From the NCBI GenBank assembly GCA_963701235.1, contig OY969577.1:198841-262840 (forward strand): a stretch of DNA of 64,000 nt, read 5' to 3'. Below are positions 46,764-56,660 of this stretch, piece after piece. Source of the stretch: Candidatus Dormiibacterota bacterium (GTDB taxonomy: Bacteria; Chloroflexota; Dormibacteria; Aeolococcales; Bog-877). The stretch's first letter is position 1. Every line of letters begins with the position of its first letter. The notes under the pieces are model-generated. The model did no database searches. It was not told the DNA's origin and worked only from the letters and a program-made list of their open reading frames with translations. The position numbers and the translations under genes are program-made.

Positions 46764-48008
46764 GTGGCCCAGGTCTCCGGATTTCGGGGCATCCGATACG
46801 ACCCGGCCATGGTCCAGTTGGAGTCCGTCCTCGCCCCTCCCTACGATGTGATCAGCCCCAAACTGCAGCAGGATCTCTACGGCCGAGCCATGCAGAACGT
46901 GGTCCGGTTGGAGCTGGGCCGCGACTTCGAGTCCGACGTCGCCGGTGAGCGCGATCGCTACACCAGGGCTCGCGACTACCTGGGCGTCTGGTTGGCCGAG
47001 GGAATCTTGATCCAGGACGATCAGCCTTCCGTCTACCTCTACCGGCAGTCCTTCCGTCCCCCCGGAGGCGGCGGCCCTCGGGAGCGGCTGGGCTGCTTCG
47101 TAGGCATCCAGCCAGTCCCTTACGACCGCCGCGAGATCCTCCGTCACGAGCTAACCCTGACGGCGCCACGAGCGGATCGACTCCGCCTAATTCAGACCAC
47201 CAAGGCGCAGACCTCGCCGGTATTCCTGCTCTACGAGAACAGTGCCGAGGTCACCACCGAGCTGCTCCGACTGTCGTCGGTCGCGCCGCCAGCAGCCGAA
47301 GCTGTGACCGAAGGTGAGTACGGCTCGGAGCGCCACCAACTCTGGAGAGTGTCCGATCCCAACTCCGTGGCTGGAATCACCTCAGCGCTGAGCCAGACCC
47401 GCCTCTTCATTGCCGATGGCCATCACCGCTATGAAACCGCCCTGCAGCTGGGGCTGCCCCAGGTCCTGGCGTTGGTCTCGCCAATGGATAGCGAGGCCAA
47501 CGTGATCTTCCCCACCCACCGGGTGGTCCCAGACGCGGCCAGAGGGCTCGACGACCTCTCCCAGGCCCTGACGCCAAAGGGCTGGCAGATTCAGCGCACG
47601 GCCGGGCTTGAGGAGGCCTTGCTCTCGATCTCATCCCTGCGGGACACAGACCACGCTTTCGTGGTGGCATCCACCTCCGGCAGGGTCGTTGCCCACCGCG
47701 CCCGACGTCAGAACGATGCGCCTAGTCCCAGGCTGCGACTTGACGCAGCTGTGCTGGAGACCGAGATCCTGGAGCCGCTGCTCGGGATCACCCCGGAGGA
47801 CGCGGCTGCCGGCCGTCTCCTGTACAGCCGCGACGCCGAGGAGGCAGTGGAGTTGGCGATCTCCAAGCGCGGGCTCGCCTTCCTGGTCAATCCGCCCAGC
47901 GTGGAGGAGATGGCTGCGGTCGCCCTGGCCGACGAGGCCATGCCTCAGAAGTCGACCTATTTCTTCCCCAAGGTCCCAGCCGGACTTGTGATCATGAGCA
48001 TCGAGTGA
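46764..48008 (+). CDS. DUF1015-family protein
   Basis: N-terminal FRGIRYDP motif. Commonly found next to serA. Confidence 0.6.
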   Translation: MAQVSGFRGIRYDPAMVQLESVLAPPYDVISPKLQQDLYGRAMQNVVRLELGRDFESDVAGERDRYTRARDYLGVWLAEGILIQDDQPSVYLYRQSFRPPGGGGPRERLGCFVGIQPVPYDRREILRHELTLTAPRADRLRLIQTTKAQTSPVFLLYENSAEVTTELLRLSSVAPPAAEAVTEGEYGSERHQLWRVSDPNSVAGITSALSQTRLFIADGHHRYETALQLGLPQVLALVSPMDSEANVIFPTHRVVPDAARGLDDLSQALTPKGWQIQRTAGLEEALLSISSLRDTDHAFVVASTSGRVVAHRARRQNDAPSPRLRLDAAVLETEILEPLLGITPEDAAAGRLLYSRDAEEAVELAISKRGLAFLVNPPSVEEMAAVALADEAMPQKSTYFFPKVPAGLVIMSIE

Positions 48009-48098
48009 AGGCCCCTGAGGGTACGCAGCAAGTCGCAATTGCACCGGCCCAGGCTTTCGGTTTGAATTGGGGCCCAATTCGGGTACGGTTTAGCTGAA

Positions 48099-48434
48099 GT
48101 GCCTACATACGCCTACCGCTGCGAGGCCGGCCACCAGTTTGAGGCAGCCCAGGGAATCCACGATCCCGCGCTCACCCAGTGCGTCACCTGCGGAACGGCG
48201 GTGAGAAGGGTGGTCTTCCCGGTCGGTATCGTTTTCAAAGGCCAGGGTTTCTACAAGACCGACTCCAGGTCATCCTCCACCAGCTCGAGCTCGACTCCGG
48301 CAACCGACACCAAGGAGGCCCCCTCAACCACCCCGGAGCCCGCCAAGACCGATGGCGTTGCGGGCACGACCACGGCACCCAAACCCAAAAAGGATTCAGC
48401 GTCTGAAAGCGCGACCGCCGCGGGCGGCGCCTGA
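48099..48434 (+). CDS. FmdB-family zinc-ribbon protein
   Basis: YAYRCEAGHQFE...CVTCG motif with a low-complexity Ser/Thr/Pro tail. GTG start. Confidence 0.7.
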   Translation: MPTYAYRCEAGHQFEAAQGIHDPALTQCVTCGTAVRRVVFPVGIVFKGQGFYKTDSRSSSTSSSSTPATDTKEAPSTTPEPAKTDGVAGTTTAPKPKKDSASESATAAGGA

Positions 48435-48449
48435 CGCCGGGAGAAGAGC

Positions 48450-48773
48450 ATGGCAGAGCCAGTTCAGGTGAGCGACGCGACCTTCGACAGCGAGGTGATC
48501 AAGGCCAGCACCCCGGTCTTGGTTGACTTCTGGGCTGACTGGTGCAATCCGTGCAAGATGCTGGCACCGATCGTGGAGGACCTGGCCAACGAGTACGGAC
48601 CTCGGGTGAAGGTGGCCAAGCTGGACGTCGACGCCAATCCCAACATTGCCGGCCAGTTCGGGGTGATGAGCATCCCCACCCTGATCCTCTTCAAGGGCGG
48701 CGAGGCGGTACAGCGCGTGGTTGGCTACCAGCCCAAGTCCGCGCTGAAGGCGAAACTCGACGCCCTAGTCTGA
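48450..48773 (+). CDS. trxA: Thioredoxin with a non-canonical W-C-N-P-C active site
   Basis: [17 protein letters not shown]...[10 protein letters not shown]. Overall like TrxA except Gly to Asn in CGPC. Confidence 0.85.
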   Translation: MAEPVQVSDATFDSEVIKASTPVLVDFWADWCNPCKMLAPIVEDLANEYGPRVKVAKLDVDANPNIAGQFGVMSIPTLILFKGGEAVQRVVGYQPKSALKAKLDALV

Positions 48774-48813
48774 CCTCGGGCCGCTGCTCCTGACCAGTTA
48801 CGATCAGGCGCCG

Positions 48814-50694
48814 ATGCCCCCAGACCTTCAAGCCGACTTCGGCCGCGCGCTGGCGCAGGCTGCCGCTGATCTGGGGGTCACCGACGCGTTGGACCCGGTG
48901 GTGGAGCCCTCCGCAGTGCCGGAGGCAGGCGACTACTCCTCAGCTCTGGCCTTCCGCTTGGCAGGAGTCCTGCGCCGGTCGCCGCGAGAGATCGCTGCAG
49001 AGATCGCGGCCAGGATGGCCGAGAGGCCACTGCCCCATGGCGGCGAGATCACCGTCAGCGGAGCCGGCTATATCAACCTCCGGATCGACTTCGCCGCTCT
49101 GACTCCTTCCGTGATCAGGACCGCACTGGAATGGGGTGCCGTGGTCAGTCCCGACCCCGAGGCCGGCCCGAAGGTCGTGGTCGAGCACACCGCCACCAAT
49201 CCCAACAAGGCGGCCCACGTTGGCCACCTTCGCAATGCCTGCATCGGCGATACCGTGGCTCGGCTGCTCCGGGCCCGAGGCAATCGCGTCGAGGTCCAGA
49301 ACTACATCGACGACACGGGGGCCCAGGTCGCCGATGTCCTGGTGGGGATCCGCAACCTGGGCCTCTCCCCAGGCGATGGGGAACCCTTCGACCGCTTCTG
49401 CTCGAGAGTCTATGTCGAAGTGTGCCGCCGTTATGAGCAGCAACCCGAGCTGACCGAGCTGCGAGTCCAGACCCTGCGCGAGATCGAGGGTCGCCAGGGC
49501 GAGATCGCCAGGGCCGCCAAGGAGCTAGCCGGCAAGATCGTTGATGCCCACCTCCAAACCATGTCCCGGGTGGGCGTGAGCTACGACCTGCTGACCTGGG
49601 AGTCAGACATCATCGAGCTCGGCTTTCTCGGCCACGCCCTGGACTGGATGCGGGAGGCCAAGGTCATCCACCAGCCCCAAGAGGGTCCCTTCCAGGGCTG
49701 CTGGGTGCTGCCCCTGGAGGAAGGCGGGGACGAGGCCGAGCTCGCGGAGGGTGAGGCCAAGGTCCTGGTCAAGAGCGACGGGATCGCCACCTACACCAGT
49801 AAGGACATCGCCTACCACCTCTGGAAGTTTGGGGTGCTCGGACTCGATTTCGACTACCGGCTCTGGTCCCCTCAGGGGCCGGCCACCACCACCGCCGACC
49901 CTGCGCTCGCCCAGCTGCCGCCCGATCGCTTCGGTCGGGCCGCCCGGGTAGTGAACGTCATCGATCAGCGCCAGAGCGCCCCCCAGCGGGTGGTCAAGGA
50001 AGCGCTCCGGCGCCTCGGGTTCGTGGCTCAGGCTGGGGCTCTCCACCACCTCGCCTACGAAGTGGTGGCGCTCTCACCAAAGGCCGCGACCGCGTTGGGA
50101 ATCGATACCAGCGAGGGCAAGACGATGTACACGCTGAGCGGGCGGCTGGGGATCGACGTGGGGGCCGACGACCTCCTCGATGAGGCGGAGCGACAGGTTC
50201 AGTCCAAAGCGCGGGATCAGGCCACCGCGGCCCGCCTGGCAGCCAGCGCCGTTCGCTACTACCTGCTGCGTTTCGGCCTCAACTCGATCATCAATTTTGA
50301 CTTCGGGGAGGCGTTGCGGACCAGCGGTGATACCGGTGTCTACCTGCAGTACGCCCACGCGCGTGCCTGCGGCATCCTGGCCAAGGTGGAACCGCTCCCC
50401 CTGCCTGAGCACGCCACCGATCTCAGCCCGGTCGAACAGTCCCTGGTGAAGCTCCTCGAGCGTTTCCCACGGGTGGTTGGCGAGGCGGCCGAAGGTCTCT
50501 CGCCGTCGACGCTCGCGGCCTACACGTTCTCGCTGGCAACGGCCTTCAACGATTTCTACGAGCACTCGGATCGGCTCTACCGGATCGAGGACCCGGAGCT
50601 GCGGGGGCTGCGACGGGGGCTGGTGGACGCGACCCGCTCGACCCTGGCGCGGTCGCTTGAGCTCCTCGGACTGACCCCGCTCGCGCGCATCTGA
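48814..50694 (+). CDS. argS: Arginine--tRNA ligase
   Basis: Class-I HIGH-region variant NPNKAAHVGHLRN and DALR anticodon-binding C-terminus. 626 aa. Confidence 0.9.
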   Translation: MPPDLQADFGRALAQAAADLGVTDALDPVVEPSAVPEAGDYSSALAFRLAGVLRRSPREIAAEIAARMAERPLPHGGEITVSGAGYINLRIDFAALTPSVIRTALEWGAVVSPDPEAGPKVVVEHTATNPNKAAHVGHLRNACIGDTVARLLRARGNRVEVQNYIDDTGAQVADVLVGIRNLGLSPGDGEPFDRFCSRVYVEVCRRYEQQPELTELRVQTLREIEGRQGEIARAAKELAGKIVDAHLQTMSRVGVSYDLLTWESDIIELGFLGHALDWMREAKVIHQPQEGPFQGCWVLPLEEGGDEAELAEGEAKVLVKSDGIATYTSKDIAYHLWKFGVLGLDFDYRLWSPQGPATTTADPALAQLPPDRFGRAARVVNVIDQRQSAPQRVVKEALRRLGFVAQAGALHHLAYEVVALSPKAATALGIDTSEGKTMYTLSGRLGIDVGADDLLDEAERQVQSKARDQATAARLAASAVRYYLLRFGLNSIINFDFGEALRTSGDTGVYLQYAHARACGILAKVEPLPLPEHATDLSPVEQSLVKLLERFPRVVGEAAEGLSPSTLAAYTFSLATAFNDFYEHSDRLYRIEDPELRGLRRGLVDATRSTLARSLELLGLTPLARI

Positions 50695-50740
50695 CCTTCG
50701 CCTCGCAAGGCTGGCGGCACGGAGTTCATACTGGGCGACC

Positions 50741-51385
50741 TTGCCCGACCTTCCGCTGTTTCCACTTCGGGTGGTGCTCTACCCGCACATGCCCCTGCCT
50801 ATCCACGTCTTCGAGCCCCGGTACCAGACCCTGCTGCGGGACTGTCAGAGGGATGGGGGCAGGTTCGGGGTGGTGGCGATTAGGAGCGGCCCCGAGGTGG
50901 GACGTCCGGCCGAGCCGGAGCGGGTAGGAACCGTGGCGGTCACCACCAAGCGAGTCCCGCTCCCCGACGGACGCAGCCATCTGCTGGTCACCGGGGGACG
51001 CCGCTTCCAGATCACTCGGCTCCTCACGGGGACCCCCTACCTGCGCGCCCAAGTCGACCTTCTTGAGGATCAAGGGCCGGATCCGGCGTCGTTCATCCTC
51101 GCCAGCGAGGCGGGAGCGGCCCTCACCCGATACGCCACGCGCCTGGCCCGAATCACGGGTAGGAGGCCCAGCTCCAACCCCAATCCGACCGACCCGATCT
51201 TGCTCTCCTGGGTGATCGCCTCGGCCCTCATGGTCGAGCTCGCTCACAAGCAGACTCTGCTGGAGCAGCCCAGTGTCAGCGCCAGGCTTCGTCAGGAGAT
51301 CGAGCTGCTCAAGCGGGAGGTGACCTTTCTTGACCTGGAGCTGGCCAACCGGCTCCAGATGGCGCCCAGCTACGACCGCAACTGA
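50741..51385 (+). CDS. LON N-terminal (substrate-binding) domain protein
   Basis: PLFPLRVVLYPHMPLPIHVFEPRY Lon N-domain signature. No ATPase or protease domains. TTG start. Confidence 0.75.
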   Translation: MPDLPLFPLRVVLYPHMPLPIHVFEPRYQTLLRDCQRDGGRFGVVAIRSGPEVGRPAEPERVGTVAVTTKRVPLPDGRSHLLVTGGRRFQITRLLTGTPYLRAQVDLLEDQGPDPASFILASEAGAALTRYATRLARITGRRPSSNPNPTDPILLSWVIASALMVELAHKQTLLEQPSVSARLRQEIELLKREVTFLDLELANRLQMAPSYDRN

Positions 51386-51504
51386 GGCTGCTCTGGAACG
51401 ATCCGCCCGGGCTACTGAAGGATCGCTAGGTAGCGCTCCCCCGCAACTGAGGCTGCTCTGAAAGATCCGCCCGGGCTACTGAAGGATGGCTAGGTAGCGC
51501 TCCC
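51376..51504. repeat. 65-bp tandem direct duplication (2 copies, ~95% identical) across a convergent gene junction
   Basis: Copy 1 at 51376-51440 and copy 2 at 51441-51504 differ by one indel and two substitutions. Each contains inverted repeats GATCC...GGATC and GCCCGGGC. Confidence 0.85.
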
Positions 51505-53149
51505 CTGCACCACCCGTGTCGGTGCCGGGGACCAGCGACGGCGAGATTTTCACCGCTCTGGTGAGGTGAATGACGTAGACGGCTCCGCTGAAGCCGGGGA
51601 CCCTGCCCACCGAGATGCTGCTCACGACCGCCCCGGCTTGGGGTTGGGCCACGGGGGTTCCCGGCGCGACACCAGGCATCTCTAGGTAAAGGGTCAAGGG
51701 GCCATCGAACCCCGAGGTCACTTTGGGGGCGCCACTACCCTGCACCATCTGGAACACGACCCAGAATTGGCTTCCGTGTACGCCGTAGCGGACGATCTGA
51801 ACTACGTAGCCGCTGCCAGCGCCCCCGACCGTCTGGACGCCGGATAGAGCCACCGGGGCCGGGGTTGCCGGCGTCGGCGTTGGGGTGGCGGCTGCGGAGG
51901 GGCTGGGTGCGGGGGAGGAGGCAGCAGCCGCCGGCCCGCCGGCATGGTGACTGGGGGCAGGCTTGGGACTGGCGTGGGTGAGGTTCCAAGCGATCAAAAC
52001 CGCGGCCAGGGCCGCCACCGCAATCAGCCCGGTTCTGGTCCAGCTGCGATCGTCGGAACCATCGGTTCCGGTTTGCGGAAGGCGCGGCCAGCGGATGCGA
52101 TCGGCCAGAGGAAGACTGGCAAGCGAGAGGTTAGGAAGGGAAAAACTGGGCCAGCGGAAGGCAGGTAGCGAAGGACGGCGCTGAGCCTGGCGCTCAGGAA
52201 CGCGAGTTCGTAGTTGAGTGGGGATCACCGGCACAGCGGCCGCAGCCGGCCGGGTCGGAGGGGGCGCGGCTGGGAAGGGCGCCGGGGGCGGCATCGAGGA
52301 AGGCCGTTGCACCGGGACCCCGGCCAGGTCCGGCGCCCAGGTATTGGCTGAGGGCGCCGCTGGCGGGATATCGGTCCAGGGCATGTTGAGCTCGGTGGCC
52401 GGCTCCCAGCCTGGGATCACCATCGTGCTCGGTCGGGCCTCGGGCGGGGCATCTTCTGTGAGTGACGGTGAGCTGGACGGCGCTGGTGGATCGGACGCTT
52501 CCGGTTGCCGGGTCGGCTCGGCGCCTAGCATTTGGGTCGGCTCGGGGGCCGGCGCCAGGGGCTGCTCCTCGGCGGTTTCTACCGCCCCTACAGGTTCGTC
52601 GGTCGGGATCATCGCCTCGCTGTCCTCAGATGTGTCGGGCAGCCAGAGCGAGTCTGGAACCGCCGCGATGGCGTCGGCTACAGATCGGTCGGCTTCTGTA
52701 GCCTCGAACGCGCTTCCGTGCTCGAGCTCGGGATCGGCGCCGTCGGACTCTACCGTCAACTCCTCTGCCTCGACCGGCGCCGCCGGCTCGACTGGCTGCG
52801 GAGGCAGGGGCAGGTCCATGATGGCGGCCTCTAACCCCATCGCATCGAAAGGATCCGGCGCGGCGCGCGGCTCCTGCGCAGGCTCCGCCACAGAGGACTC
52901 GAAGCCGTTTGTGGGCGGGTGGCCGGTGACTGCTATCAGGACGCGGGCGCGCTCCAGGAGGGCGGTGGCCTTATCGTCGGAGAGGTGCACAGGTGAAAGG
53001 AGCGAAATCCGCTCTGTCTCTTCACGGAGGTAGCGCATACCGGTCCGGCAGCGCTCGCAGGTGATCAGGTGAGCGTCCAGTTCGGCTTGGCGCTCTCGTG
53101 ATAACTCCCCGTCCAACGCGCAGCTAAGGGTGAGGAGGCTGCACTTCAT
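51476..53149 (-). CDS. Anti-sigma factor with an N-terminal zf-HC2 zinc finger, a Pro-rich linker, one TM helix and an extracytoplasmic domain
   Basis: LSCALDGELS...HLITCERCR zinc-finger motif. Translationally coupled to the upstream sigma factor by a 4-nt overlap. Confidence 0.7.
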   Translation of the reverse strand: MKCSLLTLSCALDGELSRERQAELDAHLITCERCRTGMRYLREETERISLLSPVHLSDDKATALLERARVLIAVTGHPPTNGFESSVAEPAQEPRAAPDPFDAMGLEAAIMDLPLPPQPVEPAAPVEAEELTVESDGADPELEHGSAFEATEADRSVADAIAAVPDSLWLPDTSEDSEAMIPTDEPVGAVETAEEQPLAPAPEPTQMLGAEPTRQPEASDPPAPSSSPSLTEDAPPEARPSTMVIPGWEPATELNMPWTDIPPAAPSANTWAPDLAGVPVQRPSSMPPPAPFPAAPPPTRPAAAAVPVIPTQLRTRVPERQAQRRPSLPAFRWPSFSLPNLSLASLPLADRIRWPRLPQTGTDGSDDRSWTRTGLIAVAALAAVLIAWNLTHASPKPAPSHHAGGPAAAASSPAPSPSAAATPTPTPATPAPVALSGVQTVGGAGSGYVVQIVRYGVHGSQFWVVFQMVQGSGAPKVTSGFDGPLTLYLEMPGVAPGTPVAQPQAGAVVSSISVGRVPGFSGAVYVIHLTRAVKISPSLVPGTDTGGAGERYLAILQ

Positions 53150-53667
53150 ATAGAAATGTCGCGATAAATGCTGCCGAATTCACGCCGGGCAGATGCCACC
53201 AACCGGGACGCCGCCTCCGGCGAGCATTCCATGGCGACGCCGATTTCGCGGTAGGAGAGTTTGGCCATGTCGCGCAGCAGTAACGACGCACGCCGGCTGA
53301 ACTCTGTCGCGAGCAGCGCTCTCTTGGCGGTGTTGATTCGGGCCGCGTCAGATGCGGCGGGCCCCAGGCTGATCAGTGCTGGTCGTTTGGCGAAGAGCCG
53401 GGCGACGCCGCGACGTTGGGGTGGGTAGTGCTGGTTCTGCCGGGCAGCGCGAGTAACAGCGCGGTAGAGAATCGCCCGGCCATCACGATGCAATGCTTGG
53501 GCCGGGAAATGTCGTGCGTGAAACAACCCGGCGGTCACGTACTCCACCGAATCCTCTGGCGTACCAGTAAGGTGCAGGGCATACGTGACTAAGGCATCGA
53601 GGTGCTGGCGGCCGAGCTCCTCCAGCGTGCTCGCGGCGATGTGCGGTCTTTCCAGAACGGTATTCAT
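53146..53667 (-). CDS. Sigma-70 family (ECF-like) RNA polymerase sigma factor
   Basis: Region 2 and region 4 (LSYREIGVAMECSPEAASRLV HTH) similarity. Start at the internal Met (MNTVLE). Confidence 0.7.
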   Translation of the reverse strand: MNTVLERPHIAASTLEELGRQHLDALVTYALHLTGTPEDSVEYVTAGLFHARHFPAQALHRDGRAILYRAVTRAARQNQHYPPQRRGVARLFAKRPALISLGPAASDAARINTAKRALLATEFSRRASLLLRDMAKLSYREIGVAMECSPEAASRLVASARREFGSIYRDISI

Positions 53668-53777
53668 GACGTTGCGTGCAGTGACACGCGAGCTGGCGCA
53701 AGCATAACCGGGGTACGCTCCCAGTGCAAGCACCCGGCCAGCGGGTGGGGGTCGCCCCTAGGCGGACCCCGGTGGGA

Positions 53778-54506
53778 TCAGGGGGAGGCGAATCTCTCCA
53801 GGTCGCCAACTTGGAAGTCAGGCGGTGTTAGCCCTGCCGCCCTGTAGGCCCCTTTAGGGACACCGATATCAGCTAGCCAGAGCTGGCCCACGACCGAGCG
53901 GGCGGCCTCGGCAAGGCAACCTGATTTGGCGGTTGCCAGCATCACCGTGTCGTCTGCTCGCACGCACCCGCCCGCGTTGTCGCCGCTGGTCGCGTCAAGG
54001 CCGCTCGGTAGGTCGATCGCCAGAACCGTCGCTGGAGCCAGATTAATGGCCTGTATCGCCTCCGCGGTCATACCCCTGGGCGGCCCGCTGCTGCCGGTTC
54101 CCAGGAGCCCATCGATGATCAGTCCGGCACCGGTAAGCGCCCATTCCAGAGCGCCGGCGAGTCCCTCCCCGTGGTAGCGCAGCCGGGCACCAGCGGCCAT
54201 CGCCGCTGTGATTTGGCGAGCGTAGTTGGTCTCAGGATCATCCACATCCGCCAGGACCACAACCTGAACCGTGTGGCCCCACGCTGATAAATGGCGCGCG
54301 CAGCCCAGGGAGTCTGAGCCGTTGTTACCCCTGCCGGCCAGCACAGCGACAGCTGCATCTCCACCCTGGCTGACCAGCCGTCGGGCGAGGCGCGCGCACT
54401 GAAATCCCGCCAGCGCCATCAGCGCGTCGACCGAAACGCCCGCACGCACCGCTGCAGTGTCCAACCCCCGGGCCTGTTCCGCGGATGCCAGGGCCGTGAC
54501 GCTCAA
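53778..54506 (-). CDS. NAD(P)H-hydrate epimerase (YjeF N-terminal domain only)
   Basis: LAGRGNNGSDSLGCARHL motif of the YjeF_N family. Confidence 0.75.
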   Translation of the reverse strand: MSVTALASAEQARGLDTAAVRAGVSVDALMALAGFQCARLARRLVSQGGDAAVAVLAGRGNNGSDSLGCARHLSAWGHTVQVVVLADVDDPETNYARQITAAMAAGARLRYHGEGLAGALEWALTGAGLIIDGLLGTGSSGPPRGMTAEAIQAINLAPATVLAIDLPSGLDATSGDNAGGCVRADDTVMLATAKSGCLAEAARSVVGQLWLADIGVPKGAYRAAGLTPPDFQVGDLERFASP

Positions 54507-55339
54507 GGTGCCGCCGCGCCTTGGCTGCTCCTGCCACGCTGCGCAGCTGGCTCTTTCGCGGCCCAGGCAACGCGCACCCGATCACCAGGGTGCAGGTTCA
54601 GCAAGCTGGCGGCACTGCGACCGTTGCCTGCGATTTCCAGGTGGTCGGCGCTGTTCCACAGCATCGCAAGACCATCCTCGATCTCTGCATAGGTTCTCAC
54701 CACATCCAAGATGACTCGGCCGTTTGCAAGAGATGCGCTGGCGGGTAGTGGCGCATAGAAGGGGGTACGAGCCACAGCCAGGATCACGTTGCCGAACCGG
54801 TCCACGGCGATGACCCGTGCGTCGGTCCCAGCGCTGTCGCCCCGGGGAAGGAAATCGGTCACCAACTTGGGACTGGGGATTCGCGGACCTAGGCTCTCGA
54901 AGCTCACGGTGCCGGCGGCGACGCGCGCGGCCAGAGGCGCGATCAGATCGCGGCCGTGAAAGGTCGCACTCATCCGCCTCGGTTCAATCCCGGCGGTCTC
55001 GATCCGCAGTGCCATCCGATGGCGGCCGCGGCTCCACATGAAATGCAGCAGGCCGTTGTCAGGCGCGATCACCAACTGTCGGTCGATGCGGGCGGCGACC
55101 AGAGGACGATCGCTGCCCACGCCGGGGTCGACGACCGCGCAGTGGACCGTCCCAGGCGGGAAGTATGGCGCGGAAGCGGCCAGCCAGTAAGCGCCGGCAC
55201 CAATGTCGTGGGGAGGGATTCCATGGGTGATGGTCACCACCCGAAGCTCGGGCGCCACTCGCGCAATCGCCCCCTTGAGCGCCCCGACGTAGCCGTCGGA
55301 GGTGCCGAAATCGGTCAGCAGGGTAAGAATCGCGGCCAT
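54503..55339 (-). CDS. SAM hydroxide adenosyltransferase family protein (DUF62, SalL/FlA-like fold)
   Basis: ILTLLTDFGTSDGYVGALKG...VVDPGVGS signature. Confidence 0.8.
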   Translation of the reverse strand: MAAILTLLTDFGTSDGYVGALKGAIARVAPELRVVTITHGIPPHDIGAGAYWLAASAPYFPPGTVHCAVVDPGVGSDRPLVAARIDRQLVIAPDNGLLHFMWSRGRHRMALRIETAGIEPRRMSATFHGRDLIAPLAARVAAGTVSFESLGPRIPSPKLVTDFLPRGDSAGTDARVIAVDRFGNVILAVARTPFYAPLPASASLANGRVILDVVRTYAEIEDGLAMLWNSADHLEIAGNGRSAASLLNLHPGDRVRVAWAAKEPAAQRGRSSQGAAAP

Positions 55340-55387
55340 GGCTGGGGGCCATTGTCACCCATGCCGAAGTTCGCGGCTGGGACTGGG

Positions 55388-56089
55388 CTAGGTGACGGTG
55401 ATATCGACCGAGACGCGGGCGTCGGTGTGCGGGACCGTCACGGTGATCACGTAGGAGCCGGCCGGGAGTGGTTTGTTTCCAGGCGTTCCCGGGCTGCTGG
55501 CCGCAGTGCCACTCCTGACGGCGGCGCGAGTCCCGCTCCAGACCAGCTGGAAGTGGGCCTGGGTGACCACCAAGCCCCCCGCCTTTAGCGGCGGGTAGAT
55601 CGATTTGACAGTCAGGCCAGCCTTCGACGGGCCCTCCACGGTGGCGGTGAGGTTACAGGCGGCACCGATCTCGGAGATCGAGAATTCGGCCGTCTGACCC
55701 GGGGCGAAGGTCGCCTTGGTCGGTGTCACGCTCAGCTCCAGCGATCTCGTGGCGCAGGTCGGGGGAGCGGCCTCAATCCCAGGCGCGACCCCGGGGTTGG
55801 CCTTGGGGATCAACTGCAGGGAGACCGCGGAGCGCGAGGCGCCTGGTCGGGCTACGGTCAGCGGTATGGCCACGGCCAAGGCGACTGCCGCCAGTGCCAC
55901 ACCCGCCAAAGCGCCGCGACCCCAGGTGGTGGCCGTCCAACCACCCAGCCAGCGATGCCAAGGGCTGTCCGGGGTGGCCAGCATCCGGGCCTTCAGCTCG
56001 GCGCGGGATTCCGGGCGCAGGCGCATCGCGGCCGTCGACTGGCGCAGCTCTTCGGCCAGTCTCTGGATCAGTCGCTCGTCGGGATCCAT
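55388..56089 (-). CDS. Putative membrane-anchored anti-sigma factor
   Basis: Overlaps the stop of the upstream ECF sigma gene. N-terminal cytoplasmic helix, one TM helix and an extracytoplasmic beta-rich domain. Assigned by context only. Confidence 0.4.
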   Translation of the reverse strand: MDPDERLIQRLAEELRQSTAAMRLRPESRAELKARMLATPDSPWHRWLGGWTATTWGRGALAGVALAAVALAVAIPLTVARPGASRSAVSLQLIPKANPGVAPGIEAAPPTCATRSLELSVTPTKATFAPGQTAEFSISEIGAACNLTATVEGPSKAGLTVKSIYPPLKAGGLVVTQAHFQLVWSGTRAAVRSGTAASSPGTPGNKPLPAGSYVITVTVPHTDARVSVDITVT

Positions 56090-56574
56090 ATCTGGCGCAG
56101 TGCCTCCAGGGCGCGGCTAAGTCGCGACTTGACGGTGCCTCCGGCAATCTTCAGGGCCCGGGCGGTCTCCTCGACTGAGAAATCGAGGTATACGCGCAAG
56201 ACGATCACCTCCCGCTGGTCTTGGGGAAGCTGGTCCAGAGCCCGGCCAAGGTCGGCCGACAGGGCCAGATCGGCGAAGGGGTCACGGAGGGAAGGATCGG
56301 CCGGGAGAGCGTCGGTCGGAATCGGTATCCGACGCCGCAGGTGGGAGCGGGCAGTGTTGGCGACGATGGTCAAGAGCCAACCTCGCTCCGCTCTAGGGTC
56401 GCGCAGGCTGAAGCGGCCCTTCCAGGCGCTGATGAAGGCATCCTGGACGCAGTCTTCGGCCAGCGCCCGGTCGCGGAGGAAGAGGTAGGCGGTACGCAAT
56501 GCGAGATCCCCATAGAGGCTGACCCAACGCTCGGCCAATTCATCTGCCTGGGGATCAGGACGCTCCGAGGCCAC
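56068..56574 (-). CDS. ECF-subfamily RNA polymerase sigma factor
   Basis: Region 2 (LYGDLALRTAYLFLRDRALAEDCVQDAFI) and region 4 (REVIVLRVYLDFSVEETARAL). Confidence 0.85.
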   Translation of the reverse strand: MASERPDPQADELAERWVSLYGDLALRTAYLFLRDRALAEDCVQDAFISAWKGRFSLRDPRAERGWLLTIVANTARSHLRRRIPIPTDALPADPSLRDPFADLALSADLGRALDQLPQDQREVIVLRVYLDFSVEETARALKIAGGTVKSRLSRALEALRQIWIPTSD

Positions 56575-56660
56575 CGGCAGGTTCCTCCAATCACGTGCGG
56601 ATCTGATCTGGTGGCAGTTGGTCCCGGAGTTTAGCGCCGGAGAATCGAGGCAGCGCTCAG

